Below are positions 56,933 to 64,000 of a DNA stretch of 64,000 nucleotides, piece by piece (within the stretch, counting starts at the first letter, position 1; every line of letters begins with the position of its first letter). The DNA lies in the NCBI GenBank assembly GCA_951406725.2, contig OX597818.1:31930001-31994000 (forward strand), read 5' to 3'. The position numbers and the translations under genes were made by a program. The DNA is from Octopus vulgaris (lineage: Eukaryota). The notes under the pieces were generated by a model that saw only the letters and a program-made list of their open reading frames with translations, made no database searches and had not been told where the DNA came from.

Positions 56933-59012
56933 TATGTTGTTTAGATTTGCAAAAAAAAAAAAGAAAAAAGAAAAAAGAAAACGTTATCGAATTGGCTAAA
57001 AATAGGAGACAGAGAAATATTAATGAAATAGGGTAAGACTGTCTGTATAAAAAAGGATGTGGGACAAGATTGTATGTGGGAGATAGGTAAGAAAATTTAT
57101 TGTGATTAAATGAAAGGTGGTTCATAGATAAAGACAGAAACGAAGGCACATATACACAGTTGCATAGAGATATATGTTAAGGTGTATGTATATGTATATA
57201 TACATATGTACGTGTGTGTATCTGTGTGAGTTTGTATATGTGGGTCTATGTGTATACGTATATTGTACGTATATACTATGTATACACACAGATTTATGTA
57301 TGCATTTGTATATGTCTGTATATGTACGAATGTGAAACAAATCGTGTACAGGTAAATTTTTGTGTACACACCCACACACACATATGTAAATCTATATATA
57401 TTTGGATCTTGACACACACACACACGTAAACACATACACAAACACACGGCGCGCTCGCAGAGACCCACACACATATATATCTATGAGAAAGAGAAAGGAG
57501 GGAAGGAGAGAAAGAAAGAGAGAGAGAGAGAGATAACCAGTAGTAAACATTCATATACAGACATACAGAAAGAAGCAATAGAAATGGCACAGAAATACTT
57601 AAGCAAAATGTAAATAAAATGAAAATGTAGATGAATGCCAAGGAAATGGTGGAAGCAATAATACAATAAAGCTTCGTTTGAAAATTCTTCCAAGAATAGC
57701 AATTTAAATTTTCATTCTGTAATTGAAAAAATAATTTATTTTTTTATCTCTCAATTTTTTTTTTCCTGACATATTGTTAGTTTTATTTTCTATATTATTG
57801 ATATTCAAATAGCAACTAATTTTCTCAATATCCCCAAAACGACAGCATTAGAAAATTCAGCCATAAGATATCTTTACAACGAATTAGATTACATTACAAA
57901 CTTTTAGAGAACAATTTCTTGACATATAAATAATGTCCGTGTAGTATTTTGGCTGCATTAAATTTTTTTCTTTTGTTCATCCAGACGATTTATGCTGTTG
58001 CGGTTGTTGTTGCGGTTGTTGTTGCGGTTGTTGTGTTGTGTTGTGTTATGTTGTGTGTGTGTGTGTGTGTGTGTGTGTTATAATTCCTTTTGAAAAATCC
58101 TGATACATGTGTATATTTTGTCATACAATATCTCGATATTTTGTTTGAGAATAATTCGTCTCACAAATAATGAGATATTGTTTATGTATCTTATCACAAA
58201 ATGATACGGTGTATGTGTGTGTGCGTGCGTGTATGTATGCATGTATATTAAAAGAACAACGCTTTCGCTGTATTTTCCAGAAGTTTTCCGACATTTTGTC
58301 TTTTCTTCTGCTAAACGATGTAGACACGTTGTTACATTCTCTACATTAAATTAGTCTCATTATACATCGAAAGTTCTATTTTTGTTCTTGGACTGCAGAA
58401 AAAATTCCGTGGTTCAGTTTAATACCACTGTCATTGACGAAGGTAAATCTGGAACAAACATTATAGTCTGGACATATCCCTCAGAGTGAGGATAACTTTT
58501 CGTATAATCCTGCCTGTATCGCCGGCCCCACAAAATGTCATTTTTCTTGCTATGATTGAAACAAAATTTTATTTGATAGGGTGATTATCAAGGATAAGGT
58601 AATGATATATCTATGTTATCAAAAATAAGATCTCATGTACAAATAGTAGTTGGTGTATTTTGTGAGAAAAAAAGGCAGGAGTGAAAGTACAAGCAAGATA
58701 TATGAAATCTGTTGGGAAATATGCTTCAACACGTAGTACGCGTGAATTTTACCAGGCCAACACACAATTGTTAATTACATGATGATACAAAAATGCTCTA
58801 AGCATATTTATGAAATACATGAACAAGTACTAGCTCAGATAAAGACGAGGGTCAATGTTGAGAATCGAGCATTATTAAAAGGGATAAAATGAAAAGGCAA
58901 ATGTAGGCTATGATATTCATACTTTTCCGAAAACATTAATGGATTGCAGACTAGACTGCGGACATACTTCTTCAAATTTTTTTGTAACACAAATCTAACT
59001 GATAAAACTATA

Positions 59013-59043
<31 letters not shown>

Positions 59044-59062
59044 ACATACATACATACATACA

Positions 59063-59146
<84 letters not shown>

Positions 59147-59906
59147 CTGTCGGTAACAAATAATTTCTTCGAAACTTTTTTTATTTTCTGTCTGCTATTT
59201 GAAAAAAGTAAACTTGCTCGAAGTATCTTAGAACATACCATGTAACATAATACAATATCTTTCTCCAGTTTCATTTACTGGTTTCATCTTATATATTGAT
59301 GAAATTCTCAAGTGCACTGGGTTTTTTTTTTAACAATTATACCATTTGGATACATTGCGGTGATTCAAGGAAATGACAATAATCATATATATTTTTATAT
59401 GATAATAGAGTTTACATTATTTGATTAATCTGTGGGCAAATGTTGACTATAAAATTGTACAAATAAAGCTTGGAGTAAAAGAGGTGCGTACAAACCTTGG
59501 CAGGTATATACATTGCTAAATATAGACAAATGAACGGAGGAATGATACATTACATTATAACCAACAGAATATAATCACCATTTGATGTATATAAGAAATC
59601 AGAAGATATGAAGAATAAATAAATATGCCTGAAATAAATGTTCGATAATTTTCCATCTAATAATATATTCAGAAGAAAATTTTAATTATATTTCACTTTA
59701 TTATATTCGATATCTACGTTAATATTATGACGTTATCTATCTATACTTTCGAGTGCTGTCGAGCCATATTTTCTATGTCATGAGTTATATCTTGTGTCTA
59801 TTAATGGCTAGAGAAGTCAGTCAAGAGTAATATATATCTGTTGACTATCAACTTTCTCGCTCTCACATTAATTTCTAGAGGATGATAATATTATCAATAT
59901 GAGCTA

Positions 59907-60258
59907 GGCGGCGAGCTGCAGAAACGTTAGCACTACGAGCGAAATGATTAGCGGTATTTCGTCTGCTGCTACGTTCTGAGTTCAAATTCCGCCGAGGTCG
60001 AATTTGCCTTTCATCCTTTCGGGGTCGATTAAATAAGTACCAGTTACGCACTGGAGTCGATGTAATCGACTTAATCCGTTTGTCTGTCCTTGTGTGTCAC
60101 CTCTATGTTTAGCCCCTTGTGGGCAATAAAGAAATAAGAATCGTTAGCACGCCGGGCGAAATGCTTAGCGGTATTTCGTCTGCCGTTACGTTCTGAGTTC
60201 AAATTTCACCGAGATCAACTTTGCCTTTCATCCTTTCAGGATCTATAAATTAAGTACT
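59907..60258 (+). mobile_element. SINE family B dimer
   Basis: Family similarity. Confidence 0.88.
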
Positions 60259-60294
60259 AAGTAAAATTCTGATACAGTATTTATTTATATATTA

Positions 60295-60682
60295 CTAGCA
60301 GTATCGCCCGGCATTGTTCGGTTTTATTTCGATCCTTTAGAAATGGAATTTTTGAAAATTAAAAATTTTGCACTATGTAGCTTGTTATTCTCTTTAAGTG
60401 AACATTTTACTGGTTTAAATACACCAAAAAATGGTGACACAGCAGTCAAAAAATCATAAAAAATTGAGATTTCCTTAGAAAAAAAGCACCTCTTTCATGT
60501 AAATAATTTTTGGTCCTAACATGCTCCGATTTGAACTTTTTCTTCTAGAGAATGAAGAGCAAGCTTTCTTCTATCATACTCTCAATTTTGGTCAACTTGC
60601 GCCGCAAGGTCTTGGAGGAGATAGTGTTAGTTAAAGGCTATCAAACCTGCCACACACAGACAACTTCAGCTTTATATATATA
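60295..60682 (-). mobile_element. Non-autonomous Helitron, same family as 35503-35893
   Basis: Reverse-complement match along its length; CTAG end at 60295-60298. Confidence 0.85.
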
Positions 60683-60779
60683 TATATATATATATATTAT
60701 TTTTCATGCAATTTACTCATGCTTGCACGCGTGGTGAACACAGTTCATGTCAAACAGCTGACTGAGTAAAGTTCACTAT

Positions 60780-61012
60780 TCAATGCATGGGATAAGGCCT
60801 AAACAAACACATTATCGATTTTTGCACTTGCGAGATGAATTTCGGAACAGAAATAGCGCAGTTCAATTTTCATTCGCCTAAACTTTAAGTGACACATTTT
60901 TGGTGGTTCTACGATTTGTTGGCTACGAAGAGATGTGCCGGGAAGTTAAACACACAGACACACACACACAGATACACACACTGACACACAAGTTGAGTTT
61001 TATATATATAGA
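60780..61012 (-). mobile_element. Possible Helitron 5' end (different family)
   Basis: A|TCTATATATATAAAA followed by a TG/TCTG microsatellite, the same style of 5' end as the other Helitrons; far end not seen. Confidence 0.45.
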
Positions 61013-61826
61013 TTATCATTTTTATGTAAGAAATAGTATAGTTTACAATAATCGTAACTTTATACATTTGTTTAACATCGGCGTATTTAGTAGAAACTTT
61101 TGAATCGCTGATTAAAAGTTTTTCAATGAATTTTTAAAAGTTTTTTTAATGTCTAAATAAAATATATCTATTTCACAAGGGGCTGAACACAGAGGGGACA
61201 AACAAGGACAGACAAACTGATTGAGTCGATTGCATCGATCCCAGTGCGTAACTGGTACTTAATTTATCGACCCCGAAAGGATGAAAGGCAAAGTCGACCT
61301 CGGCGGAATTTGATGCCTGAATAAAATATATCCTTACTTATTTTTTCTTCATCATAGTATATAGAAATTTTAAATAAAATGTATTTCTTACTCCACCATA
61401 AATTCTTAGCATATTATAAAGAGCTTATATACTAAAATGGGCAGCGATTATTTTAGATTAAAATATCTTTAGATTAATATTATTGGTGATACATAAGAAC
61501 ATTTTATGACCGTTGTAATTGTCTTCATTACTTTATTTTATCTATTTGAATTTTTTTTTTTAATATTTATTATATTTTGAATTATTAACGCTCAGGCTTG
61601 TAAACATAGGTATATTTTAAATCAGTCTATTTTATGATTTAGCAGTCCTTGCATGAAATCTTTGTCCTTTTTTTTTTTTTTTAAATATTACCTTGGGGAG
61701 ACTCATATGCCTCAATGTAAATTTTAATACATCCGATAGTGGATATGAGTCGGAACAAATGATTGGATATATATTTATTTTAATTATTTGTTTTAATTAT
61801 TTTTTATATCTTTTTTCTTATATATA

Positions 61827-62006
61827 GGCGCAGGAGTGGTTGTGTGGTAAATAGCTTGCTTACTAACCACATGGTTCCGGGTTCAGTCCCACTGTGTGGC
61901 CCCTTGAGCAAGTGTCTTCTACTATAGCCTCGGGCCGACCAAAGCCTTGTCAGTGGATTTGATATACGGAAACTGAAAGAAGCCCGTCGTATATATGTAT
62001 ATATAC

Positions 62007-62088
<82 letters not shown>

Positions 62089-62307
62089 GTGTTTGTGTGT
62101 CTGTGCTTGCCCCTCTCCTCCAATATCGCTTCACAACCGATGCAAGTGTGTTTACGTCCCCGTAACTTAGCAGTTCGGCGAAAAAAAGACCGATAGAATA
62201 AGTACAAGGCTTACAAAGAATAAGTCCTGGGGTCGATTTGCTCGACTAAATGCGGTGCTCCAGCATGGCCACAGTCAAATGGCTGAAACGAGTAAAAGAG
62301 TAAGAGA
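61827..62307 (+). mobile_element. SINE family A, full length
   Basis: Family similarity. Confidence 0.92.
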
Positions 62308-62429
62308 ATATTCTATCATAATGTTAATAAAATTTTAATGTCAAAATAAGAAAGGCTCTAAACAGCAGAGGGCGAGAGAGATAAAAAGGAAAGAGATGAA
62401 GAGAGAAAAAAGAGGAAAGGCTATTTATA

Positions 62430-63356
62430 TGTATTTCTTTACTACTCACAAGGGGCTAAACATAGAAAGGGCAAATAAGGACAGACAAACGGATTAAGTC
62501 GATTATATCGACCCCAGTGCGTAACTGGTACTTATTTAATCGACACCGAAAGAATGAAAGGCGAAGTCGACCTCGGCGGAATTTGAACTCAGAACGTAAC
62601 GGCAGACGAAATATCTATTTCATTACTACCCGCAGGGGGCTACACAGAGAGGGGACCAACAAGGACAGAACGTAACGGCAGACGAAATACCTATTTCTTT
62701 ATTACCCACAAGGGGGCTAAACACAGAGGGGACAAACAACGACAGACATAGGTATTAAGTCGATTACATCGACCCCAGTGCGTAACTGGTACTTAATTTA
62801 TCGACCCCGAACGGATGAAAGGCAAAGTCGACCTCGGCGGGATTTGAACTCACAACGTAATGGCAGACGAATTACGTTGTGAGTTCAAATCCCGCCGAGA
62901 TACCTATTTCTATTTCTTTATTACCCACAAGGGCTAAACATAGAGAGGACAAACAAGGACAGACATAGGTATTAAGTCGATTCCATCGACCCCAGTGCGT
63001 AACTGGTACTTAATTTATCGACCCCGAACGGATGAAAGGCAAAGTCGACCTGGCGGGATTTGAACTCACAACGTAATGGCAGACGAATTACGTAGTGAGT
63101 TCAAAACCCGCCGAGATACCTATTTCTATTTAATTATTACCCACAAGGGGCTAAACATAGAGAGGACAAACAAGGACAGACATAGGTATTAAGTCGATTC
63201 CATCGACCCCAGTGCGTAACTGGTACTTAATTTATCGACCCCGAAAGGATGAAAGGCAAAGTCGACCTCGGCGGAATTTGAACTCATAACGTAACGCAGA
63301 CGAAATACCGCTACGCATTTCGCCCGGCGCGCTAACGTTTCTGCCAGCTCGCCGCC
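62430..63356 (-). mobile_element. SINE family B tandem array (about 5 units) with internal fold-back hairpins
   Basis: Repeated units behind a single head at about 63356; inverted repeats at 62833-62899 and 63052-63115. Confidence 0.88.
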
Positions 63357-63914
63357 CTGAAAGGCTATATATATGAACTTCATAAATGGATACACTTTTT
63401 TCTTTACATGTGTATATCTTACGTTTGCCTATCTTTCTCCTCTCTCTTCCTCTTTGTCTTTCCTCCCACCTCTATTTCCTCAAGCACAAAAAATATATAC
63501 AGCAATCACGTCACATACGGCCACAAAATTTTACGGTAATTAATCTCATTTCTGGCGTTTTGTTTTTATTTTCATCTCATTTCATTTCTCTACGCATTCG
63601 TTTTATTTAACCATCTCCACACAACCCACTCCTGAACTGTTGACAGATTTCTGTTTGAACTGTGTCTTCGCTGCTAACGAACCAACCCTGTTGACAGAGC
63701 AGTATCGGCAACGAATTTAATGTTTGTTTGGAGGACACACGAACTTCGTCCAGTGAGAAAAATCTGTAAGTGATCACATTGGGTGCTAGAAATAGCAGCT
63801 TGATTTCATCAAATCATAATTTACTGAATTTAAAACGGGGTGAAAAAGATATATTGGACATGCCAGACGAAATGGGAATCGCAGGTACTTAGATTAGATA
63901 TGTTTAACATTAAA

Positions 63915-64000
63915 TCTCTTTATATATAAACGGCAGTTTGTCTGTGTGCGTGTCTGTGTGTCTGTTAGGTTGTACCCTCACCCTGACCACGGCTTTCAAC
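63915..64000 (+). mobile_element. Possible Helitron 5' end running off the window
   Basis: A|TCTCTTTATATATAAACGGCAGTTTGTCTGTGTG resembles the 5' end at 35503. Confidence 0.5.

Noticed and set aside
62430-63356. CRISPR-like array
   Set aside because: Eukaryotic context; units are about 170-240 bp SINE bodies with no unique spacers and no cas genes

Overview
AT-rich, microsatellite-saturated eukaryotic non-coding DNA. It is probably from an octopus or other coleoid cephalopod, inferred from the recalled SINE families and the repeat density. No intact protein-coding gene can be supported: almost all ORFs in the track are translations of simple repeats. The window holds three tRNA-derived SINE families (many copies, some with target-site duplications, TSDs), non-autonomous or decayed DNA transposons (mariner, a maT-like Tc1/mariner with a nested Merlin-like MITE, two hAT/Charlie elements, a piggyBac MITE, a pogo/Tc2-like MITE, Helitrons), the 3' end of an R4/Dong-clade retrotransposon, and a full-length U6 snRNA copy fused directly to a SINE. 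The most striking signal is a set of short non-coding islands sitting in (TA)n microsatellites. Three carry well-formed minimal type I hammerhead ribozymes with self-complementary stem III (17531-17582 +, 29892-29951 -, 49081-49175 +), and there are several decayed ones plus long fold-back inversions. This points to several families of Penelope-like or retrozyme-like ribozyme-bearing elements colonising microsatellites. All calls were made by eye; repeat boundaries without a stated TSD or terminal inverted repeat (TIR) are approximate.
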